A stretch of DNA of 63,937 bases, taken from assembly GCA_032124675.1 (NCBI GenBank), contig JAQBDA010000231.1:1-63937 (forward strand), given 5' to 3'. The position numbers and the translations under genes are program-made. A model generated the notes under the pieces. It was not told where the DNA came from, made no database searches, and saw only the letters and a list, made by a program, of their open reading frames with translations. Below, one piece after another: positions 37,674 to 48,106 of this stretch (position 1 is its first letter; every line of letters starts with the position of its first letter). This stretch comes from Chloroflexota bacterium (GTDB lineage: Bacteria > Chloroflexota > Anaerolineae > Anaerolineales > UBA4823).

Positions 37674-39599
37674 ATGCCTAACGAACAAATCTTCATCATC
37701 CTCTCAAATTCACAAACCAGCCGTCTGCTCGAGGAAACAATCCTGGTTCCGCATGGATATCGGGTCACTCAAATAAGGGAGGCGGAAACTCTGGAACTAT
37801 TGCTGGACTCCCAACCACCGGATCTGATCATTCTGGAAGACAAGATTGCGGACGGCAGCGGTCTGGAACTCGCCGCAGGTCTGCAGGAACGCCACCCTCT
37901 CCTGCCGCTCATCCTGGTATCCGATCCATATTCGGAAGCTCTATTGCTGCAAGCCTTGCGCAGCGGGATATGGGATTATCTATTCCCGCCATTCGATGCC
38001 GGCGATGTGCTTGGGGCAGTGGAGGGCACACTGCAGAGGCAGAAACGGATATCAAGCCTGGTTCAAGAGACCGGAGACCAGACCCCAGGGATGGTGCCTC
38101 AGCGGGTCAAGAACCTTGAAGCACTGCAGCAGATCGGGCGCCAAGTAACCTCTATCCTGGACCTGGATAACGTCCTTGCCGCAGTTGTGGATGCGGCAGT
38201 CGATATAACGGGTGCAGAAGAAGGCAGCCTGCTGCTGGTAGATGAGAACAGCGGCGAGCTGTATATGCGTGCGGCACGCAATTTCCATGAAGATTTTGTG
38301 CGTAAATTCCGCCTACCTATCGAAGACACGCTGCCTGGTGAAGTACTGCGCACCGGACAGCCCCTGCTGATCAACACCGCCACACCCAAGAAAATCAAAA
38401 CCTCCTATTTAGTCCATACGCTGATGTACGTACCCATGACAATCGGGGACCGGGTAGTCGGCGTGCTGGGCGTTGATAATCGCCGCAGCGGTCAACCTTT
38501 CTCCAGCTACCACCTCGAAATGATGCACGCATTGGCTGATTATGCTGCGATTGCCGTCGAGAACGCCCGGCTGTTCGCAGATTCCGAGGTCGAGCGGGAA
38601 AAATACGAAACACTGCTGAGCAGCGTACAGGACAGCATCATCATCCTCGACCAGGATAACCGGGTCTTGTTGGTGAACCCCGCTGCACGCGCGGTCCTGG
38701 AATTGGAAGGAGAGAGGGTTGAATACCGGCCTTACAAAGATGTGATCCACCACCCGGATTTGATCGAGCTGCTTGCTGATAGAGAGACCAGCCATCCATA
38801 CCGGGGTGAGGTTGCACTTGAAGATGGGCGGGTGCTCAGCGCGCAGGTTACACCCATTCCTGAGATGGGTATTGCAGTGGTCATGCAGGATATCACCTAC
38901 CTGAAGGAGCTGGATCGCATAAAAACCGATTTTGTCAATACGATCTCGCATGATCTGCGCTCACCGCTGACCGCCATCCAGGGATATATCGAACTGGTGC
39001 GCCGGGTGGGACCGCTCAACGAACAGCAGTTGGAATTCACCCGCCGCATTCAGTCCAGCGTCCAAAATATAACCACCCTGATCAATGACCTGCTGGAGCT
39101 CGGGCGCATAGAAGCCGGGTTCGACGCGCGGAAAGAGGTTATCCCATTGTCCGCCGTAATCCGCTATGCAGTCGAGAGCATGCAGGGTCAGGCTGCTGAA
39201 AAAGAACAAACCCTGGAGCTAGAACTACCGGAAGCGCTGCCCCACGTACTGGGCAACCCGCTCTACCTGCGGCAAATGTTCACCAACTTAATCGAAAATG
39301 CGCTGCAGTATTCGACGTCTAAAGGGCAGGTTAAACTGCGTGCACAGGCCAGGGATGCCCAGGTGATTGTTCAGATCACCGATACCGGTATAGGGGTACC
39401 GCTTGCCGACCAGCCTTATATTTTCGATAAGTTCTACAGGGGGAGCAATTTGCCACCCGATTCCCAGGGAACCGGATTAGGATTGGCGATCGTAAAGATC
39501 ATCGTTGAAAACCACCGCGGCCGGATATGGATCGAATCGGTTCCCGGAAAAGGTTCCACCTTCACCATTATCCTGCCCACGATCGATCAAGAGCTGTGA
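37674..39599 (+). CDS. Hybrid kinase: atypical REC-GAF-PAS-HisKA-HATPase
   Basis: DLIILEDK receiver, GAF, PAS ending QDIT, SHDLRSPLT, NLIENALQY, DTGIG, GTGLGL. Confidence 0.9.
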   Translation: MPNEQIFIILSNSQTSRLLEETILVPHGYRVTQIREAETLELLLDSQPPDLIILEDKIADGSGLELAAGLQERHPLLPLILVSDPYSEALLLQALRSGIWDYLFPPFDAGDVLGAVEGTLQRQKRISSLVQETGDQTPGMVPQRVKNLEALQQIGRQVTSILDLDNVLAAVVDAAVDITGAEEGSLLLVDENSGELYMRAARNFHEDFVRKFRLPIEDTLPGEVLRTGQPLLINTATPKKIKTSYLVHTLMYVPMTIGDRVVGVLGVDNRRSGQPFSSYHLEMMHALADYAAIAVENARLFADSEVEREKYETLLSSVQDSIIILDQDNRVLLVNPAARAVLELEGERVEYRPYKDVIHHPDLIELLADRETSHPYRGEVALEDGRVLSAQVTPIPEMGIAVVMQDITYLKELDRIKTDFVNTISHDLRSPLTAIQGYIELVRRVGPLNEQQLEFTRRIQSSVQNITTLINDLLELGRIEAGFDARKEVIPLSAVIRYAVESMQGQAAEKEQTLELELPEALPHVLGNPLYLRQMFTNLIENALQYSTSKGQVKLRAQARDAQVIVQITDTGIGVPLADQPYIFDKFYRGSNLPPDSQGTGLGLAIVKIIVENHRGRIWIESVPGKGSTFTIILPTIDQEL

Positions 39600-39703
39600 C
39601 CTCTCCTTAAAGTCGCCTCCGCCGGGGCGGTGAGGGTGTTGCCCAGCGGAGGCTTTCGCCAAAGGAGGAAACAGCGATGAACATGAAGAGAGAAGTAATT
39701 CGT

Positions 39704-39750
39704 ATCCCGTTATCTGGTTAATATCATACCGGAGAACGGGATTTTCGTTT
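39704..39750 (+). terminator. Intrinsic terminator-like hairpin
   Basis: atcccgtt/aacgggat and tctggt/accgga stems followed by tttcgttt. Confidence 0.55.
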
Positions 39751-39869
39751 ATTGTCGAAGATCATGAGTTACGCGTGATTATTCTCACAAATATTTGTGA
39801 CAAAGCGTCTCTCAATTAGTGATACCTGTAGTTACAGGTTGTCAATATTCGAAGTGCATCCTGAGGTAT

Positions 39870-42677
39870 TTATCGCTTTGCGACCCAACCTGCGACCAGC
39901 TTGGTGATTTCCGCCGCCAATGACGGCACGAACAACAGCGGCATTATAAATCGCCACTGGCTCCAGCCGAGAGGTATTGTATTGAAGATGGGGTTCAGAA
40001 AGGGTATATAGATGACTGCCAGCAGCAACACTAAAGAGGTAAGGACTGCATAATTCATCCATTTATTTCCGAACACCCCTATTTTCAAGATCGGATAGTG
40101 CTCCGACCTGGCTGTGTATGCCCGCAATAACTCGGAAAACGAAAGGGTAACGAATGCCATCGTCTCAGCAAATTCCGGCTGCCCCGGGTACAGCCGCAAG
40201 CCGGTGAAATATGCATATAATGTCACGAGGGTGATCGCAATAGTCTGAACGGCAATGCCAACCTGCATGAAGCGATTGATAATCGGCTCAGAAGCTGGGC
40301 GTGGAGGGTAGTCCATGATGTCCGGATCGCCTTTTTCTGTGCCCAAAGCCAGTGCTGGGGCGCCATCGGTCAGCAAGTTCAGCCATAACAGCTGGATAGC
40401 CGTGAGTGGAGAGCGGCGGGTGAACAACGTGCCAAAGAAGATGATTGCGATCTCAGCCAGGTTGCAGGATAGCAAGTAGTACACGAATTTGCGGATATTG
40501 CTGTAGATCACACGCCCCTGCTCGACAGCAGAAACGATGCTGGCATAGTTATCATCTGTCAGCACCATGTCCGCGCTTTCCTTGGCGACATCGGTGCCGG
40601 TAATACCCATCGCCACCCCGATATCCGCCCGTTTGATCGAAGGGGCATCGTTAACCCCATCCCCGGTCATGGCGACCACTTCCCCGTTGGCTCGCAGCGC
40701 CTCGACGATCCGCAGCTTGTGCTCAGGCGAGACGCGGGCAAACACATCCGCGGTCTTAACCTCGCGCTGCAAGGTCGCATCATCCATCCCCGCCAACTCA
40801 CTGCTGGTGAGCACTTGATGCCCGGGCTGCAGCAGACCGATCGATTCCGCGATGGCGCGGGCAGTTTTCGGATAATCACCGGTGATCATAATCGTGCGGA
40901 TACCGGCTGCACGTGCCTTCTCCAGGGCAGCCGGCACTTCAGCCCTCGGCGGGTCGATCATACCAACCAGACCGACAAATGTCAGGTCTTCCTCCAGGAT
41001 ATCTGGAGTGATCTCGGACGGTTCTTCAGGCAGCACCCGGTATGCCATCCCCAAAACGCGCAAAGCATCCTGGGTCATGGTATCGTTCGCTTGAAGAATG
41101 CGCATGCGCTGGCTCTCGTCCAGCGGAATGGCATGATCATCCATCCGCTGGTAATGCGTGCAGCGCTCCAAGACCAAGTCGGGCGCTCCCTTGACAGTGA
41201 TGACATATCCTTTGAGTCTACTGTTCTGGTCGCTGAATGGCGAAATATCCTCAGATTTCGGATACTCAAGCACATGTATCGTGATCATCCGTTTGCGCGC
41301 AGAGTCGAAGGGCACCTCCTGGACACGCGGGTACGCAGCGTTCAAATCACGAATCTCTGCCCCGGCCTTTGCCGCAGCGACCAGCAGCGCACCTTCGGTG
41401 GGGTCCCCGACCATTCGATAAGCTTCTTTGCCGTTGGTAGAACCGGCAATCTCCAGTTCAGAGTCATTGTTCAACGCGGCAACCCATAACGTGGTTAAGA
41501 TCGCCTGGTAATCGATAAGTTTGATCGGGGTCTCGTTGACTATAAATTCCCCATAAGGCTCGTAACCGCTGCCTGTGATCGAGACGAACTCACCATCCGC
41601 CCAGAGACGAGTAGCAGTCATCTCGTTTTGGGTAAGGGTACCGGTTTTGTCGGAGCAGATCATACTGGCTGATCCCAGGGTCTCCACAGAAGACAGCCGC
41701 CGGATCAGAGCATGGCGTTTGATCATCTCCCGCATGCCCAGCGCCAGGCTGATCGTTACAATCGCCGGCAATCCCTCCGGCACAGCTGCGATAGCCAGAC
41801 TGACCGCGATGATAAACATATCCAGCGGGTCAGAGCCCTGCAGCAAGCCTACAACGAAAACCAGACCGCAAACAACCAAGGCGGCCCATCCAAGTGTCTT
41901 ACCCAGGCGATCCAGGCGGCGCTGCAGCGGAGTGGGTTCATTCTGAACGGATTGGAGCATCTCCGCGATGATCCCGATCTGGGTGTACATACCGGTCGCC
42001 ACGACCAGCCCGCGGCCGCGGCCGTAATTTACGATCGTACCCATAAAGGCGGTGTTCTTGCGATCGCCCAGAGGGATATCCGATTCGAGTGTGGCTGAGG
42101 CGTCCTTCTGCACGGGTACCGATTCGCCGGTCAGGGCAGCCTCCTCAACCCGTAAATTTATCGCCTCCAGCAAACGGATGTCTGCCGGCACATAATTGCC
42201 CGCTTCCAGCAGCACCAGATCTCCGGGGACAAGCTCGCTGGCAGGCACCATCTGGCGAGAACCATCTCGCAATACGTGCGCTTCGGGAGCCGCCAGCTTT
42301 CTCAAAGCTGCCAGCGCTTGCTCGGCACGCCGCTCCTGGAAGACGCCCAGAGCTGCGTTCAAGATCACAATAGCCATGATCGCTGCAGCTTCGAAGTAAT
42401 CCCCTAACAGGGCGGAGATTACCGCCGCAACGATCAGCAGTATGACGACGAAGTTGTTGAATTGCTCCCACAACATCTGCCAGAAAGTTGTCGGAGGCGC
42501 TTCTTTCAATTCGTTATGACCAAATTCTTCCAGGCGTCTGGCAGCCTCCAGCATGGTCAACCCCCCTTCCGGCGGGGCATCGAGCTGGCGTAATACATCA
42601 TCTTTATTCACAGCATGCCAGGCATCTGGGCCGGTTTTTGCCGTAAAGAACTGCGGGGAAAACTTTTTCGTTGCCAT
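39870..42677 (-). CDS. P2A-type (SERCA-like) cation-transporting P-type ATPase, probably Ca2+
   Basis: TGES, VPEGL, DKTGTLTQN, KGAPD, DPPR, TGD, GDGVND, QLLWLNLLTDG. Start likely 42677. Confidence 0.93.
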   Translation of the reverse strand: MATKKFSPQFFTAKTGPDAWHAVNKDDVLRQLDAPPEGGLTMLEAARRLEEFGHNELKEAPPTTFWQMLWEQFNNFVVILLIVAAVISALLGDYFEAAAIMAIVILNAALGVFQERRAEQALAALRKLAAPEAHVLRDGSRQMVPASELVPGDLVLLEAGNYVPADIRLLEAINLRVEEAALTGESVPVQKDASATLESDIPLGDRKNTAFMGTIVNYGRGRGLVVATGMYTQIGIIAEMLQSVQNEPTPLQRRLDRLGKTLGWAALVVCGLVFVVGLLQGSDPLDMFIIAVSLAIAAVPEGLPAIVTISLALGMREMIKRHALIRRLSSVETLGSASMICSDKTGTLTQNEMTATRLWADGEFVSITGSGYEPYGEFIVNETPIKLIDYQAILTTLWVAALNNDSELEIAGSTNGKEAYRMVGDPTEGALLVAAAKAGAEIRDLNAAYPRVQEVPFDSARKRMITIHVLEYPKSEDISPFSDQNSRLKGYVITVKGAPDLVLERCTHYQRMDDHAIPLDESQRMRILQANDTMTQDALRVLGMAYRVLPEEPSEITPDILEEDLTFVGLVGMIDPPRAEVPAALEKARAAGIRTIMITGDYPKTARAIAESIGLLQPGHQVLTSSELAGMDDATLQREVKTADVFARVSPEHKLRIVEALRANGEVVAMTGDGVNDAPSIKRADIGVAMGITGTDVAKESADMVLTDDNYASIVSAVEQGRVIYSNIRKFVYYLLSCNLAEIAIIFFGTLFTRRSPLTAIQLLWLNLLTDGAPALALGTEKGDPDIMDYPPRPASEPIINRFMQVGIAVQTIAITLVTLYAYFTGLRLYPGQPEFAETMAFVTLSFSELLRAYTARSEHYPILKIGVFGNKWMNYAVLTSLVLLLAVIYIPFLNPIFNTIPLGWSQWRFIMPLLFVPSLAAEITKLVAGWVAKR

Positions 42678-42784
42678 ATTCTCCAATACCATCCAGGCCA
42701 ATAAGCCTGTTTACAAACAGGCGGGCATCGAGATTTGTCGGATTATAACATTTCGTGAAATTTACCTCATATCACTCGCAGCAA

Positions 42785-42813
42785 TTGCACCCCTGTAGAT
42801 CGCATTGTATAAT
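42785..42813 (+). promoter_or_regulatory. Sigma-70 promoter of icd
   Basis: TTGCAC-17-TATAAT about 90 nt upstream of the ATG. Confidence 0.7.
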
Positions 42814-42904
42814 CAACCCGGACTGCTATCATTCGCAGCTGGCCGGGGATTCGTACTGACCTCTCTGCCGCTGATTTGCAAGTACTTTTCCAAGGGAGCG
42901 TAAT

Positions 42905-44209
42905 ATGAGCTATCAAAGCATACAGGTTCCACCAGATGGGGGGAAAATATCAATAGATAATGGAGTGCTGCAGGTTCCGGATAATCCGGTAATCCCGTTC
43001 GTCGAAGGCGATGGCACCGGTAGGGACATCTGGCGGGCATCGGTGCGCGTCTTCGATGCCGCAGTAGACAAAGCTTATGCCGGAGAGCGAAAAATCCACT
43101 GGATGGAGGTGTTGGCAGGAGAGAAAGCCTACAACAGCTTGAATTCATGGCTGCCAGATGAGACCGTACGGGCATTTCGTGAATTCCTGGTCGGGATTAA
43201 AGGACCCCTGACGACACCCATTGGTGGCGGCATCCGTTCCCTCAATGTCGCCTTGCGAAAAGCGCTCGACCTGTACGTGTGCCAGCGCCCGGTTCGCTAT
43301 TTCAACGGTGTCCCTTCCCCTGTAAAACACCCAGAGTATGTGGATATGGTCGTCTTTCGCGAGAACACTGAAGATATCTACGCAGGGATTGAATTCGAAG
43401 ACGGTACCCCAGGAAATCTGCGCTTTCAAGAGCTAATGCGAGAGAACTTCCCCCAGGAGTATGCAAAGATCCGCTTTCCAGACAGCACCGGGTTCGGGGT
43501 CAAACCGGTTTCACGGGAAGGCACTTACCGGCTGGTGCGCGCGGCTATCCAGTGGTCTCTGGATAGCCAGCGCCATAGTGTAACGCTGGTACATAAAGGT
43601 AATATTATGAAGTACACCGAAGGATCCTTCCGCAACTGGGGGTACGAGCTGGCAGAAGCAGAGTTTGGCGATCGAGTCTACACCTGGTCGCAGTGGGAAC
43701 GCACCAAATCAGACCAGGGTGAAGCTGCTGCCAATGCCGAACAGGACAATGCTCTAAAAGCCGGCAGATTGCTGGTCAAGGATGTAATCGCCGATATCGT
43801 ATTCCAGCAAACCATCACCCGAGCGCGCGAGTTCGATGTACTGGCGACCATGAATCTCAATGGCGATTATCTATCCGATGCCCTGGCAGCCCAGGTGGGC
43901 GGGATCGGGATCGCTCCGGGCGGGAATATCAACTACACCAGCGGGCATGCGGTATTCGAAGCCACGCACGGTACTGCTCCTAAATATGCCGACAAAGACG
44001 TGGTCAATCCCGGCTCAGTCATCCTTTCCGGAGAGATGATGCTGCGCTATATGGGCTGGCACGAAGCTGCCGAACGCATCATCAAAGGCATGGAGGGCGC
44101 AGTCGCCGCCAAAACTGTCACTTACGACTTCCACCGCCTGATGGAGAATGCCGTGCTGCTGAAATGTTCCGAGTTCGGCGATGCGGTCATTGCTCATATG
44201 GATGGTTGA
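42905..44209 (+). CDS. icd: NADP-dependent isocitrate dehydrogenase (E. coli-type)
   Basis: [42 protein letters not shown] (KY suggests NADP), VTYDFHR. Confidence 0.95.
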   Translation: MSYQSIQVPPDGGKISIDNGVLQVPDNPVIPFVEGDGTGRDIWRASVRVFDAAVDKAYAGERKIHWMEVLAGEKAYNSLNSWLPDETVRAFREFLVGIKGPLTTPIGGGIRSLNVALRKALDLYVCQRPVRYFNGVPSPVKHPEYVDMVVFRENTEDIYAGIEFEDGTPGNLRFQELMRENFPQEYAKIRFPDSTGFGVKPVSREGTYRLVRAAIQWSLDSQRHSVTLVHKGNIMKYTEGSFRNWGYELAEAEFGDRVYTWSQWERTKSDQGEAAANAEQDNALKAGRLLVKDVIADIVFQQTITRAREFDVLATMNLNGDYLSDALAAQVGGIGIAPGGNINYTSGHAVFEATHGTAPKYADKDVVNPGSVILSGEMMLRYMGWHEAAERIIKGMEGAVAAKTVTYDFHRLMENAVLLKCSEFGDAVIAHMDG

Positions 44210-44237
44210 TCCTACTGCCTGGTTTGTATATCGGATG

Positions 44238-44265
44238 GGGGTGCTGGGATTCGGCACCCCTTTTT
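44238..44265 (+). terminator. Intrinsic terminator of icd
   Basis: ggggtgc/gcacccc stem followed by TTTTT. Confidence 0.8.
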
Positions 44266-44282
44266 AGTTGATATTTGCCGCA

Positions 44283-45593
44283 ATGCCCGATACAGGTCCG
44301 CTGACAGAACTGGTCGAAATCCCTTATGGTGACACCCTGCTCAAGGTGGATGTCCCCCGCAGGTGGTTGGGAGAAATGGTACAGCCGCCGGTAATATCTC
44401 CGATGGGTGAGCCCGACCATCTGATCCATAAGGCCCTCAACAATCCTATTGACACCCCCAGGATAGAACAGATCGCCAAACCGGGGCAGCAAGTCGCCAT
44501 CCTGGTGGATGATCACACTCGCAAGACACCTGCCCGGCGTATGCTCTACCAGCTGCTGGAACGGCTGGAGTCGGCCGGCATCCGGGAGAGGGAAATCTGC
44601 ATCGTGCTGGCATTAGGCAGTCACCGGGCGATGAACGCCTGTGAAGTGGAGGACAAGCTCGGGGAAGAGATCGCCAGCCGTTATGAGATTGTCAACACTC
44701 CCGGTTCGGATCGAGCTGAATTCCGGCATCTTGGCACAGCTTCCAGCAATATCCCGGTATGGATACATCACCGGGTAACTGATGCTGACATACGTATCGG
44801 GTTGGGGATGATCACCCCTCATATGGATGCCGGGTTCAGCGGGGGTGCCAAGATCGTCCTGCCGGGAGTGTGCAATGACCTGACAGTGAACGCCTTTCAC
44901 GTCCGCTCTGCATATCTGACGGGCAACCCTCTGGGGGATGCCAATGCCCCACTGCGTCGCGATCTCGAAAGTGCCGTCGCTGAGCTGGCTCCTCTGGACT
45001 TCATCCTCAATGCAATCCCAACCTTGCACGACGAGACCTACACATGTGTTGCCGGTCATCCGGTCAAAGCGCATCGTGTCGGGGCGGTTTATGCCCGGAA
45101 GGTATTCCAAGCATCTGCCAGAAAGAAGTACCCAATAGTGGTCGCTGGATGCTATCCCTATGAGCATGACCTGTGGCAGAGCATGAAAGGGATGTGGTGC
45201 AGCGACCTGCTCACCGCAGATGGCGGCAGTCTGGTGCTGCTGACCACAGCCAAAGAAGGTACACGGGCGACACCCAATCTCCCCGGGTACATCGGCATGG
45301 ATCCGGAGAGCCTGCTGGCCGACCTCGCATCAGGCAGCGCAGTGGATCAGAAATCAGCAGCTACCGGGGTCATGGTGGGGCGCATGAAGCAGCGCATCAA
45401 TATTTCACTGGTATCCGGCGGGTTAAACCGAACCGATGCACGTTCCATGGGGTTAACATACTTTAAATCTGTTGAAGAAGCCCTGGAACAAGCCGCAGGA
45501 AGGCTGCAGCCAGCCGACCTACAAGGATCCATTGGATTTATCCCGTATGCTGGACTTGTTCTCCCGCTGGTAGACTCTCGCAGCCTGTCGTAG
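44283..45593 (+). CDS. LarA-family (nickel-pincer nucleotide-dependent) racemase/epimerase
   Basis: DDHTR, LGSHR, PHMDAGFSGGAK, a His after the GGAK region (AFH) and LWQSMK match the LarA active-site pattern. Start 44268 or 44283. Confidence 0.85.
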   Translation: MPDTGPLTELVEIPYGDTLLKVDVPRRWLGEMVQPPVISPMGEPDHLIHKALNNPIDTPRIEQIAKPGQQVAILVDDHTRKTPARRMLYQLLERLESAGIREREICIVLALGSHRAMNACEVEDKLGEEIASRYEIVNTPGSDRAEFRHLGTASSNIPVWIHHRVTDADIRIGLGMITPHMDAGFSGGAKIVLPGVCNDLTVNAFHVRSAYLTGNPLGDANAPLRRDLESAVAELAPLDFILNAIPTLHDETYTCVAGHPVKAHRVGAVYARKVFQASARKKYPIVVAGCYPYEHDLWQSMKGMWCSDLLTADGGSLVLLTTAKEGTRATPNLPGYIGMDPESLLADLASGSAVDQKSAATGVMVGRMKQRINISLVSGGLNRTDARSMGLTYFKSVEEALEQAAGRLQPADLQGSIGFIPYAGLVLPLVDSRSLS

Positions 45594-45744
45594 ATTATCC
45601 CTCAACGCTTACAAGGGTAATATTCGGCACAGAAACTGGATTTGATCCCAGGAGCGAGGACAATTTAAGCTCGAATCTAAGATCAACTGAAAAACCGGCT
45701 GCGGAATCAGGAACAGGAGGTAGCTTATACGAATATAATAACTA

Positions 45745-45789
45745 TTGACATCGACCTTGCTTAAAACTACCTTTATAAATTGTTACAAT
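45745..45789 (+). promoter_or_regulatory. Candidate promoter and operator of the amino-acid ABC operon
   Basis: TTGACA-17-TACCTT followed by the dyad attgt-t-acaat (45779-45789). Confidence 0.35.
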
Positions 45790-45790
45790 A

Positions 45791-46606
45791 ATGGAGAAGA
45801 AGCTCATGAAACACAAACAATATCTTATTATCGCCGTTCTGCTCATGACACTGCTGTTATCTGCCTGTGCATCGAACACGGGGTCCTCGGATGAAGGATA
45901 CCTAGGAACAATTAAAGAGCGTGGCAAACTGGTGGTCGGCACCTCGGCCGACTATCCGCCCTATGAGTCTGTGAACGAGGCGGGCGAATTCGCCGGTTAC
46001 GACATGGACTTGATCCGCGAGATTGGCAAACGGATGGGTGTGGAAGTCGAGATCAAGGATATGGCATTCGATGCCTTGATCGCCGCAGTACAGGAGAAGA
46101 AGGTCGATGTCGTCATCGCCGCGATGCAGTCCTCACCGGAACGGGATGAGAAAGTAGATTTCACAATCCCCTACCACTATCAGAAGGACGCCTTCCTGGT
46201 TGCTGCCGATTCAACCATCGTCCTCAACAAAGCCATGGACGCAGCCGGTCACAGCATCGGTGTGCAAACCGGCACCATCCAAGAGCAGTGGACGCTGGAT
46301 AACCTGGTACCTGCCGGCACGAGCGAAGATCAGGTCTTCCGCTATGAACGCGTCGATCAGGGGGCGCTGGATGTGAAAGCCGGGCGGGTCGACCTGCTGT
46401 TCATCAACGCCGACCCTGCCGCGGAGCTCGCCGCCGAACTGGGTATCAAGGTTGCCCTGGTTACCGACGAGACCGTGATCGGTGGACAATCCATCGCTCT
46501 GCCAGAAGGCGAGAAGCAGCTGCAGGATGAACTCAACCGCATCCTGGGAGAGATGGAAAGTGATGGAACTCTGCAGCAGCTGCTGGAAACATGGGGCATA
46601 CCTTAA
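45791..46606 (+). CDS. Polar amino-acid ABC transporter substrate-binding lipoprotein
   Basis: Lipobox LLSAC, VGTSADYPPYE, FDALIAAV, GVQTGT. Confidence 0.9.
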   Translation: MEKKLMKHKQYLIIAVLLMTLLLSACASNTGSSDEGYLGTIKERGKLVVGTSADYPPYESVNEAGEFAGYDMDLIREIGKRMGVEVEIKDMAFDALIAAVQEKKVDVVIAAMQSSPERDEKVDFTIPYHYQKDAFLVAADSTIVLNKAMDAAGHSIGVQTGTIQEQWTLDNLVPAGTSEDQVFRYERVDQGALDVKAGRVDLLFINADPAAELAAELGIKVALVTDETVIGGQSIALPEGEKQLQDELNRILGEMESDGTLQQLLETWGIP

Positions 46607-46617
46607 CCTATATCTGG

Positions 46618-46659
46618 GGAGCATCTTGCCGGATGGGTCGGTAAGATGCTCCGTTTTCT
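46618..46659 (+). terminator. Intra-operon hairpin after the SBP gene
   Basis: ggagcatcttgcc/ggtaagatgctcc stem followed by gttttct; the usual position for a partial terminator or stabiliser. Confidence 0.65.
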
Positions 46660-46673
46660 GACCGGCTGAACCG

Positions 46674-47324
46674 ATGGGTTTCTTACAAGATCTGCTGCGC
46701 CTTTTCCCTTATCTGCTGACCGGTATCGGGATCACGATTGGTGTAACGGTCATCGCATTAACCACCGGATTCACGCTGGGCGTGCTGTTGGCGACCTTAC
46801 GGGTCTACGGTGGTCCAGCCTCGCGCTGGTTTGCTGCAACATACAGCCTGATCATCCGTGCGGTCCCGGTCATCGTCGTGATCTTCATCCTGTTTTTTGT
46901 CATAGCTCGATTTGTAGACCTATCACCATTCCTTTCCGGTTCCATCGCGCTGGGTCTTGCCAGCGGGGCATATCAATCGGAGGTCTTCCGGGGAGCGATC
47001 CTCTCCGTTCCCGGGGGGCAGATGATGGCCGCGCGTGCGATCGGGATGAGCAGGAGTAAAGCAATCCGCTATATCGTCCTGCCGCAGGCCATGCGCCTGG
47101 CGATCCCTCCCTGGTCTAATGAAGCTGCCATCGTCCTCAAAGACTCCTCCCTGGTGTATGTGATCGGGGTGGCAGAAATCCTGCGCCGCGCCGAATATGT
47201 AAGCGCCCGTACGCTGCAGCCATTCCTCGCCTTCGGTGCTGCCGCTGTGATCTATTTTGCCCTGACCTTCATTACCAACCGCGTCCTGGACTACCTCGAG
47301 CGGCGCTACAAAATCCTGATGTGA
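46674..47324 (+). CDS. Amino-acid ABC permease
   Basis: IRAVP, EAA loop [30 protein letters not shown]. Confidence 0.92.
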   Translation: MGFLQDLLRLFPYLLTGIGITIGVTVIALTTGFTLGVLLATLRVYGGPASRWFAATYSLIIRAVPVIVVIFILFFVIARFVDLSPFLSGSIALGLASGAYQSEVFRGAILSVPGGQMMAARAIGMSRSKAIRYIVLPQAMRLAIPPWSNEAAIVLKDSSLVYVIGVAEILRRAEYVSARTLQPFLAFGAAAVIYFALTFITNRVLDYLERRYKILM

Positions 47325-48106
47325 CGGAGCAGCCCATGAGCGAGCAAACCATCCTGCGCATCGAAAACCTGCATAAAGCCTTCCAAAATACGGAAGTGAT
47401 CAAGGGCATCTCTTTTGAAATCCAGGAGAGAGAAGTGGTCGTCATCATCGGACCCAGCGGCACCGGTAAAAGTACCCTGCTGCGCTGCATTAACCTGCTG
47501 ACCCGACCGGATATGGGCCGCATCTGGCTCGAGGACCTGGAGATTACCGCCCCAAACACCAAAGTCGACCAGGTCAGGCAGCACATCGGCATGGTCTTCC
47601 AGGATTTCAACCTCTTCAATCACCTGACCGCACTGCAGAACGTAACCATCGGGATGACCAAAGTGCTGAAGATGAAACCTGACGAGGCGCACCAGAAAGG
47701 TATGTGGGAGCTTGAGCGGGTGGGGCTGGTGGACAAAGCAGAATCGTACCCTGCCCAGCTCTCTGGGGGTCAAAAACAGCGCGTGGCCATCGCCCGCGCT
47801 CTGGGTATGAATCCATCCGTCATGCTCTTCGACGAGCCTACATCGGCTCTCGACCCCGAGCTGATCGGAGAAGTGCTGAACGTTATGCAGAAGCTGGCGG
47901 AGGAAGGCATGACTATGCTGGTCGTCACCCACGAGATGGGGTTCGCACGGGAAGTCTCCGATCGCATCATATTCATGGAAAACGGTGATATCGTCGAGCA
48001 GGGACCCCCGAAGAAGCTATTTTACAATCCGGAATTCGAGCGCACGCGGGACTTCCTGTGGAAGATAACTGAACTGTACGGAAAACAAGAACCAGGAGAG
48101 GCTTGA
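47321..48106 (+). CDS. Amino-acid ABC ATP-binding protein (GlnQ-like)
   Basis: [37 protein letters not shown]. Confidence 0.94.
   Translation: MTEQPMSEQTILRIENLHKAFQNTEVIKGISFEIQEREVVVIIGPSGTGKSTLLRCINLLTRPDMGRIWLEDLEITAPNTKVDQVRQHIGMVFQDFNLFNHLTALQNVTIGMTKVLKMKPDEAHQKGMWELERVGLVDKAESYPAQLSGGQKQRVAIARALGMNPSVMLFDEPTSALDPELIGEVLNVMQKLAEEGMTMLVVTHEMGFAREVSDRIIFMENGDIVEQGPPKKLFYNPEFERTRDFLWKITELYGKQEPGEA

Noticed and set aside
39600-39750. T-box, SAM-I, SRP or tmRNA identity for the structured cassette
   Set aside because: GGCGGTGAG superficially resembles T-box stem I and SAM-I P2, but there is no T-box antiterminator bulge, SAM-I core, SRP helix-8 motif or tmRNA acceptor ends.
40719-41489. 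256-aa ORF antisense to the P-type ATPase
   Set aside because: Shadow ORF with no motifs.
42678-42790. yybP-ykoY manganese riboswitch upstream of the P-type ATPase
   Set aside because: Expected by context, but only a short hairpin (gcctgttt/aaacaggc) and an extended -10 are present; the conserved motif is not.
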